Below, piece after piece: positions 19,662 through 28,187 of a stretch of DNA of 64,000 nucleotides. Numbering within the stretch: position 1 is the first letter of the stretch; the number at the start of each line of letters is the position of its first letter. The position numbers and the translations under genes were made by a program. The stretch lies in assembly GCA_964613785.1 (NCBI GenBank), contig CAZTJT010000010.1, positions 33,567 through 97,566 of the forward strand. Reading direction: 5' to 3'. The notes under the pieces were generated by a model. The model saw only the letters and a list, made by a program, of their open reading frames with translations, was not told where the DNA came from and searched no databases. The DNA is from an uncultured Rikenellaceae bacterium. GTDB lineage: Bacteria; Bacteroidota; Bacteroidia; Bacteroidales; VadinHA17.

Positions 19662-20427
19662 ATCAAACCACTTTTCCTTATTTTAATCCACTAATCTTAT
19701 TACTTCTCTGCAATTTTATGAAATTAACATCAAAAGGTTCCATTATTCTTTAATAATTTAACAATGCAAAAGGAATTTGGAGATTATTCGGATAAAATGC
19801 CCCGGTTTGCAGATCTGTACTCTTATTGACCCTATGGAAGGGAAAATTATTATATCCAAAGCCCCCGTGTGTGACCAGGTATCTGTAGAGGAAATTCCAA
19901 ACCACCCGCCCATAATTAGAGAAGGTAAGCAGTCAGGTTTACTGGCGGATGAGAAGTCCTTAATATGAATGTACCCTCAGGAAATCCAGTTGTCTTTTTC
20001 ATGAAAAAATCCTTAATAGTATTTGCGTATTGACTCTTGATCAACCTTAATGAACATTTCATCTCAATACTCTCAAACTTTTTCACCTTAACATACCATG
20101 ACATCTTAAGCCACTCCATCTTTATTCCCTCTATCTGGAGAAAATTTATTATATCAGGATCATTAACTGACAGTTTACATGCAAAAGGGAATTTTACGCC
20201 TGATGTGGGATAATAATCTGTTAGATAAGGAACAGTGACATCAAGTCAGCTTTCATTTATGCTGAAATCAGAATTATAGTTGAAAATTAGTCTTTTCTCA
20301 GAATGCGGCGCAAAACGCACTCCACAGGTGCAGGGGATCGCCAATAAGGATGTTACATATTGAAATAGTTAGTGAATATGAAAATAATTATATAAATTAG
20401 CGGCCTTAATTTTTAATACATATCAAA

Positions 20428-20619
20428 ATGAACAAAGGAACAGTTAAATTTTTTAATGTATCAAAAGGATTTGGATTCATTAAAGACGCCGATTCAGACA
20501 ATGAGTATTTCGTTCATGCAACAGGTTTAATTGATAAGATTAAGGAGAATGACGAAGTTACATTTGAACTTGCTGAAGGTAAAAAAGGAATAAATGCCGT
20601 GAATGTAAAACTAGCATAG
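20428..20619 (+). CDS. Cold-shock protein (CspA family)
   Basis: 63 aa. RNP1 is KGFGFI and RNP2 is YFVHAT. Followed by a strong hairpin terminator. Confidence 0.95.
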   Translation: MNKGTVKFFNVSKGFGFIKDADSDNEYFVHATGLIDKIKENDEVTFELAEGKKGINAVNVKLA

Positions 20620-20647
20620 ACTAAGAACACCACAGATTTATTGTAAC

Positions 20648-20679
20648 AAAGAGGCTGGAATTTCAGCCTCTTTGTTTTT
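20648..20679. terminator. Bidirectional rho-independent terminator shared by the csp gene and the convergent pgl/small-ORF transcript
   Basis: AAAGAGGCTG-gaattt-CAGCCTCTTT forms a perfect 10-bp stem. It is followed by TTTGTTTTT on the + strand and TTTGTT on the - strand. Confidence 0.7.
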
Positions 20680-20691
20680 AACGGGAAAACA

Positions 20692-20802
20692 CTATTTACC
20701 TTTTTCAGCTTTTTTTGCTTTTTTTGCTGCCCTTTTTTCTTTTAATGTTTTAGTAGCCTGTTTTTTTACTTTTGCCTGTTCTTTGGATTTTTCGTGTGAC
20801 AT
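20692..20802 (-). CDS. Unannotated 36-aa lysine-rich small ORF
   Basis: Hand translation gives ATG..TAG = MSHEKSKEQAKVKKQATKTLKEKRAAKKAKKAEKGK. It lies 46 nt downstream of pgl on the same strand and ends 13 nt before the bidirectional terminator. It is below the ORF-track size cutoff. Confidence 0.35.
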   Translation of the reverse strand: MSHEKSKEQAKVKKQATKTLKEKRAAKKAKKAEKGK

Positions 20803-20847
20803 GACAATAGGTTTTTAAATTAAACAAGATAGCCAAATATAAATAAA

Positions 20848-21618
20848 TCAACCGTACAATACAATATCAGCAATATCAAAGGATCCAGAAGAAATTAAAG
20901 ATGCGGCTTCCCGGTCTAAATACCAAACTGCTGCTCCATCGCCCGGACGGACAAGAGCTGCGGGAAATGATGAACTATTTCCTGTATCTTCAAAAATACT
21001 CCGTACTATTTCCGCTTTTTTATTACCCGTGACAATGAAAAAAACATTATGAGAATTGTTGATTACCCTGCCGGTTAGAGTTATCCTTTTCTGTGTCGTT
21101 TTTGGATGGCTTGTCACATAACACGATACATCCGAATTAAAAAGAGCTTCATTTCCCGGGAAAATTGAAGCTACATGACCATCCTCTCCCACACCCAGCA
21201 GGATAAAGTCGAGAACGGGGAATCCTTCCTTGGTATCAGTGATTTCTTTTAAGACTGCCGCATACCGGGATGCCTCTGTATCCGGATCATTCTCACCCCT
21301 GATTCTGTGCACATTATGCGCAGGTATCTTTATCCTGTCCAGAAAAACAGCCTTTGCCATCCCGTAATTGCTTTCGCTGTCTTCAGGAGGAACACATCTT
21401 TCATCGGCCCAAAAAATATGAACATTTTCCCAGCTTACTGAACTCCCATAATGGTCACCAAGAACTGAAAACAGCAAACGAGGGGTAGAACCTCCCGAAA
21501 GTGCTATAGAAAACACACCCCCGCCAGATGTCTGGTTCCTTATTTTGCTAATGATATCAAGTGCCAGATTATCTGCCAGATCAAAGGGTGTTTTAAAAAT
21601 TTTTACTATTGGTTTCAT
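20848..21618 (-). CDS. pgl: 6-phosphogluconolactonase
   Basis: 256 aa. LSGGSTP motif and GVGEDGHVASIFPG are typical of the Pgl/NagB fold. It sits directly downstream of zwf. Confidence 0.9.
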   Translation of the reverse strand: MKPIVKIFKTPFDLADNLALDIISKIRNQTSGGGVFSIALSGGSTPRLLFSVLGDHYGSSVSWENVHIFWADERCVPPEDSESNYGMAKAVFLDRIKIPAHNVHRIRGENDPDTEASRYAAVLKEITDTKEGFPVLDFILLGVGEDGHVASIFPGNEALFNSDVSCYVTSHPKTTQKRITLTGRVINNSHNVFFIVTGNKKAEIVRSIFEDTGNSSSFPAALVRPGDGAAVWYLDREAASLISSGSFDIADIVLYG

Positions 21619-21668
21619 TCATGTGGAAATAACATTTTACCTAATAATAGCGGTTATTGTGAAATATT

Positions 21669-23195
21669 TCACAGTTCACAGTAGAGCTCCTCGTCAGCCA
21701 TATTCTTGCATGGGTATCGCCAGGTAAGGTTCTCACCTTCTATCAGGGAATGGGATATTTCAGGCCCCCAGGTCCCCGCAGGATAACCATAGATCTTAAT
21801 ATCGGGGTTGTTTTTCCATGCAAGCTGTATGGGTTCAATAAATTTCCAGGCTGTTTCAACTTCATCATCACGCGAGAACAGAGTAGAATCGCCAATCATT
21901 ACATCGAATAGAAGTCTTTCGTATGCTGAAGGTACCCTGACATCGGCGAGATCTTTGTAATGGAAATCCATGTTTACATTTTTCACATTAAAACCTGATC
22001 CAGGTTCTTTCATGTCAAATTTGAGAAGGATTCCTTCATCAGGCTGGATTCTGATTATAAGCTGGTTACCTGAAAGCTTTCCGACAGCTCTCTGAAACAG
22101 ATGATGTGGTGTCTGCTTGAAGTGGATCACTACTTCAGTCACGCGTGTGGGCAAGCGTTTTCCTGTCCTGATATAAAAAGGAACACCACCCCAGCGCCAG
22201 TTATTGATAAAAAATTTCATAGCCACAAATGTCTCCGTCCGGGAACGGTTATTGACATTTTTCTCATACCTGTATCCTGTAACACATTCACCTCTTATCT
22301 TCGAACCGGTGTACTGTCCCCTTATGACCTGTTTTGGAACATCCGATTCCTTTATAGGCTGTAGTGACTGAAAAACCTTAAGAATCTCATTGCGTATCGC
22401 ATTGGCATCAAGTGATGACGGGGGCTCCATGGCTGCAAGACCGACCATCTGCAGAAGGTGATTTTGAACCATATCTCTCAGTGCACCAGAGGAATCATAA
22501 TAGTTACCACGGTCTTCGACACCAATGCTTTCTGCAGAAGTGATTTCTACACGATGTATATAATTCCTGTTCCACAAAGGCTCAAAAATCCCGTTTGCAA
22601 AACGGGTTACCATCAGGTTAAGTACTGTTTCCTTTCCCAGATAGTGATCTATTCTATAAATCTGATCCTCTGAGATGAGTCTGTGCAGGGTGTCATTTAA
22701 CTGCCTTGCTGACTGAAGATCATATCCGAATGGCTTCTCAATAATTAGTCGTCTGAATCCGTCTCTCTGCTCTGTTAGTCCGGCTGAAGCCAGATTTGTG
22801 GCTATCACCTCGTAAAGACTGGGTGGTGTGGCCATATAAAAAATAAGGTTATCGCCGATATTAAAAGAATTTTCTATTTCTGATATATGCCTTCTGAGAT
22901 CTATATAATCATGGGGATTATCATAAACTATTCTCTTATAGGTTATGTTTGCGGTAAATTTCGTGATCCTTTCTCCTGATTGTATTTTCTCCTCCGAGTA
23001 CTCAATTATAGATTTCTCCATCATTTGTCTGAAAATATCCGATGTTATCTCCGTCCTTCCGGATCCTACAAGTGCAAACCTTTCCGGAAGAAGATTTTGT
23101 TCTTTTAACGAAAAGATAGCAGGAATAAGCTTTCTTGATGTCAGATCGCCGGTGGCTCCGAAAATAATAAGGATTAGATTATCGGGTTTTTCCAT
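21669..23195 (-). CDS. zwf: Glucose-6-phosphate 1-dehydrogenase
   Basis: 508 aa. GATGDLTSRKL, IIEKPFG and RIDHYLGKE motifs. Confidence 0.95.
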   Translation of the reverse strand: MEKPDNLILIIFGATGDLTSRKLIPAIFSLKEQNLLPERFALVGSGRTEITSDIFRQMMEKSIIEYSEEKIQSGERITKFTANITYKRIVYDNPHDYIDLRRHISEIENSFNIGDNLIFYMATPPSLYEVIATNLASAGLTEQRDGFRRLIIEKPFGYDLQSARQLNDTLHRLISEDQIYRIDHYLGKETVLNLMVTRFANGIFEPLWNRNYIHRVEITSAESIGVEDRGNYYDSSGALRDMVQNHLLQMVGLAAMEPPSSLDANAIRNEILKVFQSLQPIKESDVPKQVIRGQYTGSKIRGECVTGYRYEKNVNNRSRTETFVAMKFFINNWRWGGVPFYIRTGKRLPTRVTEVVIHFKQTPHHLFQRAVGKLSGNQLIIRIQPDEGILLKFDMKEPGSGFNVKNVNMDFHYKDLADVRVPSAYERLLFDVMIGDSTLFSRDDEVETAWKFIEPIQLAWKNNPDIKIYGYPAGTWGPEISHSLIEGENLTWRYPCKNMADEELYCEL

Positions 23196-23443
23196 TTTGT
23201 CTTTTTTAAAGTTTCTAATCTAGTAAAAATAAATAATACCGAACGGTAAAATTATGAATGATACATAATATAACATGCAATATTGCACTCTTCAGTGATT
23301 CTATCTTATAAGCCTTGCGTCACAGCAACAACCAGTTAATTTTCAGGGATTTCTAAACTTAACAAATTTACCTTATTAAGATATATTTTTTAATATTTTT
23401 AATTTTTTTTACACATTACCGATTAATTTGAAAGAATTTATTA

Positions 23444-23451
23444 TACATTTG
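23444..23451 (+). promoter_or_regulatory. Candidate Bacteroidota-type -7 promoter box (TACATTTG) for gltBD
   Basis: Matches TAnnTTTG and lies about 175 nt upstream of the gltB ATG. The nearest TTTG (23427..23430) is too close for a canonical -33 element, so support is weak. Confidence 0.3.
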
Positions 23452-23568
23452 CCGAAAATATTAAATACAATGTATTCCAAATATTACAAACTTTGGATAT
23501 TACTACTAACAATGTTCGCAAGGCTCACCTCAAAAGACTGAGAATGGCTAAATAGATTTATATGGTTT

Positions 23569-23600
23569 AACCGTTCTCTGTAACCAAGGGAACGGTTTTT
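23569..23600 (+). promoter_or_regulatory. Terminator-like hairpin in the gltB 5' leader (possible attenuator)
   Basis: AACCGTTCTC-tgtaaccaa-GGGAACGGTT forms a 10-bp stem including one G-U pair and runs into TTTTTGATTT. It lies 26 nt upstream of the gltB ATG. The upstream gene zwf is divergent, so this hairpin does not terminate it. Confidence 0.35.
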
Positions 23601-23625
23601 GATTTATAATAAAAAATAAAGAATA

Positions 23626-26600
23626 ATGAAAGAAAAACGACCTCATTGTGAAGGATTGTACAGGCAGGAATTTGAACATGGAAGTTGCGGGATTGGGTTT
23701 GTTGTTCATCTAAAAGGGAAAAAGTCACATTCAATAATAAGGAATGGGCTTGATATTCTAAGGAATATGACTCACAGGGGCGCCGAAGGAGCTGACAGTA
23801 AAACTGGTGACGGAGCAGGAGTGTTGATCCAGGTACCGCGAGATTTTTATCTAATTCAGGGGTATGCACTCCCTCCAGAGGGGCAGTTTGGGACAGGTCT
23901 CATTTTTCTTCCGAAGCTGAATGAGGAAGCTGAAAAATGTCTTGAAACACTTCAAAACATTATCCGACAGGAAGGAGTTGATATTATTGGATTCAGGGAA
24001 GTTCCTCGTGATAATTCCACAATAGGCGAGATCGCCAAAGCCTCTGAACCATATATGAAGCAAATCCTGCTGGGAGCTGATCTTCCGCAGGATGAACTCG
24101 AAAGGAAGCTTTACATAATAAGAAAAAGGACTGAGAAAGAGATACGGAACAGTGACCTGAAGCAGAAAAACCTTTTTTACATTCCAAGCCTTTCGACCAG
24201 GGTACTGGTATACAAAGGAATGCTTACATCAATACAGCTGGGAGAATATTTCAGCGACCTTACCGATGAAAGGCTTCAGAGTGCGATTGCGCTTGTACAT
24301 TCAAGATTCAGCACAAATACTTTCCCCAGCTGGGATCTTGCTCAACCTTTCAGGGTACTCGGACACAATGGTGAGATCAATACAATAAAAGGTAACAGGT
24401 TATGGATGGAAGCCAGGGAATCTATACTGCGATCAGAAAAACTGGGTGACCTGGAGAAAATATACCCGATAATTGAACCCGAGAAGAGCGATTCAGCCTC
24501 ACTTGATAACGTTCTTGAATTTCTGCTGATGAGTGGAAAATCGCTGCCCTACGCAATGTCGATGCTGATTCCCGAGTCAATAAATGCAAAGAATCCAATT
24601 CCTCCGGAACTGAGGGATTTTTATCATTATCATTCAACATTCATGGAACCATGGGATGGTCCTGCTTCTCTGATATTTTCTGATGGCAGATATATTGGAG
24701 GCATGCTTGACAGAAATGGTTTACGACCCTCACGTTATCTAATCACCTCCAACGATCTGTTTGTAATGGCCTCAGAAGCAGGTGTAATGAAATTTGAACC
24801 TGAGGAGATAAGGGAAAAAGGAAGACTAAAGCCAGGCAAGATACTTCTGATTGATACAAAAGAAGGCAGGGTATTCTACGATGAAGAACTTAAGGCAAAA
24901 CTCGCAAATGACTATCCTTATGGAAAATGGATCCAGCAAAATATGGTAAAACTCGAAGAGATCGAGACTGGCCATATTGTTTCTCCTGATATGGGTGAGC
25001 AGTATAACCTTTATGCTACTTCCTTCAATTATTCTCTGGAAGACGTAGAAAAATTAATAAAGGAGATGGCTGCCACAGGCAAAGAACCCACAGGATCGAT
25101 GGGCAATGATGTACCACTGGCGGTATTATCGAAACACCCTTTCAGACTATTTAATTATTTCAAACAACTTTTTGCCCAGGTAACCAATCCTCCCATTGAT
25201 CCAATAAGGGAAGAACTGGTGATGACCCTCTCCGGTTATCTGGGTTCCCTGCAGCAAAATCTTCTGGATGAATCTCCTGACCATGTAAAAATGGTGAGGT
25301 TCAGGAATCCTGTAATATCCAATACATATTTCCAGGTTGTTAAGAATCTCAGATACAAAGGATTTTCCGCTGCCAGTCTCTACATGCATTTTGAAGCATC
25401 AAAAGGAGGAAGAGGGCTTGAAGAAGCTGTCGATAATCTCTGCAAAGATGCCGAAAAAGCTGTTGATGAAGGCAAAAACTATATTATACTCTCAGACCGG
25501 GGCATTGATGAAAATAAAGCTCCCATTCCATCGCTTCTTGCAGTATCGGCTGTACACCATTATCTGATATCGAAAAGAAAAAGGATGCAGATAGATATCG
25601 TGGTAGAATCGGCCGAGCCCAGGGAAGTCATGCATTTTGCACTTCTGTTTGGCTACGGAGCAAGCATCATAAACCCATATATGAGCTTTGCAGTCATTGA
25701 TAAACTTGTAAAGGAGAAAGCCATACAGCTTGACTATCAGAAAGCCGAAGAAAACTACATCAATTCGATCAACAAGGGAATTCTCAAAATAATGTCAAAG
25801 ATGGGTATCAGCACTCTAAGGAGCTACCGCTCATCTCAGCTATTTGAAGCCGTAGGAATACATCCTGACCTGATTGACAAATACTTTGCCGGCACTATTT
25901 CAAGAATTGGTGGTATTGGCATAAATGAACTTGCACAGGAAATACTTATTCCGCACAGAAAGGCCTTTAATATTGAACATAAGAATGATGTCCTTATTGA
26001 AGGGCTCTATTCATATAGAAAAACTGGAGAACATCATGCCTGGAATCCGGAAAGCGTTGCCCTGCTGCAATGGGCAACAGCCAACAACGATCGCGATAAA
26101 TTCAGGGAATACACCCGGCATGCCAACGATGATACAACATATCCATTGTTCATCAGGGGCCTGTTGAAAACTAAAAAGAATCCCATTCCCCTTGAAGAAG
26201 TTGAACCTGCTGAAAACATAATGAAGCGTTTTGTTACGGGAGCCATGTCATTTGGTTCGATAAGCAGGGAAGCACATGAGACGATCGCGATTGCAATGAA
26301 CAGAATTGGAGGTCGCAGTAATACAGGTGAAGGTGGCGAGGACCCTGCAAGGTTCATCCCTCTCGAAAACGGTGATTCTGTAAGAAGTTCTATCAAGCAG
26401 GTAGCCAGTGGCCGATTTGGTGTCACAACAGAATACCTGGTAAATGCTGATGAAATCCAGATAAAGATTGCACAGGGAGCCAAACCAGGAGAAGGAGGAC
26501 AGCTGCCTGGACATAAGATCGATAAGATCATTGCAAAAACAAGATATTCGGTACCGGGGATAACGCTTATTTCCCCTCCACCACATCACGACATCTATTC

Positions 26601-28152
26601 AATTGAAGATCTGTCTCAACTCATCTTCGATCTTAAAAATGTCAATCCCAGGGCAAGGATAAGTGTAAAGCTAGTATCAGCAAGCGGTGTGGGAACAATT
26701 GCCGCAGGCGTAACAAAAGCAGGAGCCGATCTCATAACAATAAGCGGTTTTGAAGGAGGTACAGGAGCCAGCCCGATATCCTCAATAAAGCATGCCGGAG
26801 TTCCCCTCGAACTCGGATTGGCTGAAACGCAACAGACTCTGGTTATGAATAACCTTCGTAAGAGAGTTGTCTTACAGGCTGACGGACAGCTTAAAACTGG
26901 AAGAGATATCATCATAGCAGCTTTGCTTGGAGCAGAGGAATTCGGCTTTTCAACAGCTGCTCTTATAGTGCTTGGATGCGTAATGATGCGTAAATGCCAC
27001 CTCAATACATGTCCGGTAGGAGTAGCAACACAAAATCCTGAATTAAGAAAAAGATTCAGGGGAAAGGCTGATAACCTCGTAAACTTTTTCAGATTCCTGG
27101 CTGAAGACGTCAGGGAGGAACTTGCAGCCCTCGGATTTCGCAACCTTGATGAAGCTGTTGGAAGAACAGATCTCCTCGAACACAATCGAGACCTCGATCA
27201 CTGGAAAACCAGACATCTTGACCTGTCAGGCCTTTTAAAATTTCCATCTGATTCTGATAAGAATCCTTTGCGATGTATTGAGAAACAGAAAGATAAGATT
27301 GGATCAGTTCTTGATCATGCACTTATTGCAGAGACAGAGCAATCAATATTGAACGGAGTAACTTCTATTATCAAAAAAACAATAAGAAACACAGACAGGA
27401 CCACTGGGGCAATGCTATCAGGCAGAATAGCAGCCATACACGGATCATCCGGATTGCCCGACGGCACCATCAGGTGTTCTTTTTCAGGGTCGGCCGGCCA
27501 GAGTTTCGGTGCCTTCCTGGTACCTGGTGTTGAATTTTATCTGGAGGGAGAATCAAATGACTATCTTGGCAAAGGATTATCAGGAGGAAGGATTATTGTC
27601 GTTCCTCCACCCGGATCTCTTTTTGAATCAGATAAAAACATCATAATCGGCAATACAGTTCTTTATGGGGCAACCAGCGGTGAAATTTACATATCGGGTG
27701 TTGCGGGTGAGCGATTCGGGGTCAGAAACAGCGGAGCAACAGCTGTGGTTGAAGGTGTAGGCAATCATTGCTGCGAATATATGACCGGTGGCCGTGTTGT
27801 CGTCCTTGGAGCAACCGGCAGTAATTTTGCTGCCGGAATGAGCGGTGGAATCGCCTATGTTTTCAATGAAAAGGGCAATTTTGATTTCTATTGTAACATG
27901 GGAATGGTTGAATTATCACTGGTTGAAGACCTTAATGACATCGATGAACTCAAAAACCTAATTACCAGGCACTATACTTACACCAGAAGTAAAAAAGCAG
28001 GTATGATACTAGATGATTTTAACAATTTCCTGCCTATGTTCATTAAAGTCATCCCTTACGATTATAAAAAGGTGATCCAGGAACAGAAACTGGAGGAGCT
28101 CAGAAAGAAAATTGCCACTGTTGAAATAGACGTGGACATAGATCCGAATTAA
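23626..28152 (+). CDS. gltB: Glutamate synthase large subunit
   Basis: 1508 aa. N-terminal amidotransferase Cys (GSCGIGFV), central and FMN domains, and a C-terminal GXGXG beta-helix domain (GVGNHCCEYMTGG). Confidence 0.97.
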   Translation: MKEKRPHCEGLYRQEFEHGSCGIGFVVHLKGKKSHSIIRNGLDILRNMTHRGAEGADSKTGDGAGVLIQVPRDFYLIQGYALPPEGQFGTGLIFLPKLNEEAEKCLETLQNIIRQEGVDIIGFREVPRDNSTIGEIAKASEPYMKQILLGADLPQDELERKLYIIRKRTEKEIRNSDLKQKNLFYIPSLSTRVLVYKGMLTSIQLGEYFSDLTDERLQSAIALVHSRFSTNTFPSWDLAQPFRVLGHNGEINTIKGNRLWMEARESILRSEKLGDLEKIYPIIEPEKSDSASLDNVLEFLLMSGKSLPYAMSMLIPESINAKNPIPPELRDFYHYHSTFMEPWDGPASLIFSDGRYIGGMLDRNGLRPSRYLITSNDLFVMASEAGVMKFEPEEIREKGRLKPGKILLIDTKEGRVFYDEELKAKLANDYPYGKWIQQNMVKLEEIETGHIVSPDMGEQYNLYATSFNYSLEDVEKLIKEMAATGKEPTGSMGNDVPLAVLSKHPFRLFNYFKQLFAQVTNPPIDPIREELVMTLSGYLGSLQQNLLDESPDHVKMVRFRNPVISNTYFQVVKNLRYKGFSAASLYMHFEASKGGRGLEEAVDNLCKDAEKAVDEGKNYIILSDRGIDENKAPIPSLLAVSAVHHYLISKRKRMQIDIVVESAEPREVMHFALLFGYGASIINPYMSFAVIDKLVKEKAIQLDYQKAEENYINSINKGILKIMSKMGISTLRSYRSSQLFEAVGIHPDLIDKYFAGTISRIGGIGINELAQEILIPHRKAFNIEHKNDVLIEGLYSYRKTGEHHAWNPESVALLQWATANNDRDKFREYTRHANDDTTYPLFIRGLLKTKKNPIPLEEVEPAENIMKRFVTGAMSFGSISREAHETIAIAMNRIGGRSNTGEGGEDPARFIPLENGDSVRSSIKQVASGRFGVTTEYLVNADEIQIKIAQGAKPGEGGQLPGHKIDKIIAKTRYSVPGITLISPPPHHDIYSIEDLSQLIFDLKNVNPRARISVKLVSASGVGTIAAGVTKAGADLITISGFEGGTGASPISSIKHAGVPLELGLAETQQTLVMNNLRKRVVLQADGQLKTGRDIIIAALLGAEEFGFSTAALIVLGCVMMRKCHLNTCPVGVATQNPELRKRFRGKADNLVNFFRFLAEDVREELAALGFRNLDEAVGRTDLLEHNRDLDHWKTRHLDLSGLLKFPSDSDKNPLRCIEKQKDKIGSVLDHALIAETEQSILNGVTSIIKKTIRNTDRTTGAMLSGRIAAIHGSSGLPDGTIRCSFSGSAGQSFGAFLVPGVEFYLEGESNDYLGKGLSGGRIIVVPPPGSLFESDKNIIIGNTVLYGATSGEIYISGVAGERFGVRNSGATAVVEGVGNHCCEYMTGGRVVVLGATGSNFAAGMSGGIAYVFNEKGNFDFYCNMGMVELSLVEDLNDIDELKNLITRHYTYTRSKKAGMILDDFNNFLPMFIKVIPYDYKKVIQEQKLEELRKKIATVEIDVDIDPN

Positions 28153-28187
28153 TCATGAAAAGGTTATACAAAATATAAAAAGACAAA

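Noticed and set aside
19777-19968. 63-aa plus-strand ORF in the speA / csp gap
   Set aside because: It has a TTG start and no motifs, and it overlaps the more protein-like minus-strand frame. It is not supportable as a gene.
23569-23600. gltB leader hairpin as a glutamine (glnA-type) riboswitch
   Set aside because: I could not match the conserved core I remember for that motif (a CGUUCA..GGAAGU-type three-stem pseudoknot). Only a simple hairpin is evident, so I report it as a generic attenuator candidate.
26034-27185. Long antisense ORFs inside gltB (26034..26531, 26248..26589, 26616..27185; 113-189 aa)
   Set aside because: They lie entirely within and opposite to a very well supported 1508-aa gltB frame. 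Their sequences are low-complexity (Ser/Pro/Ala/Arg-rich) with no recognisable motifs. This is a typical shadow-frame artefact.
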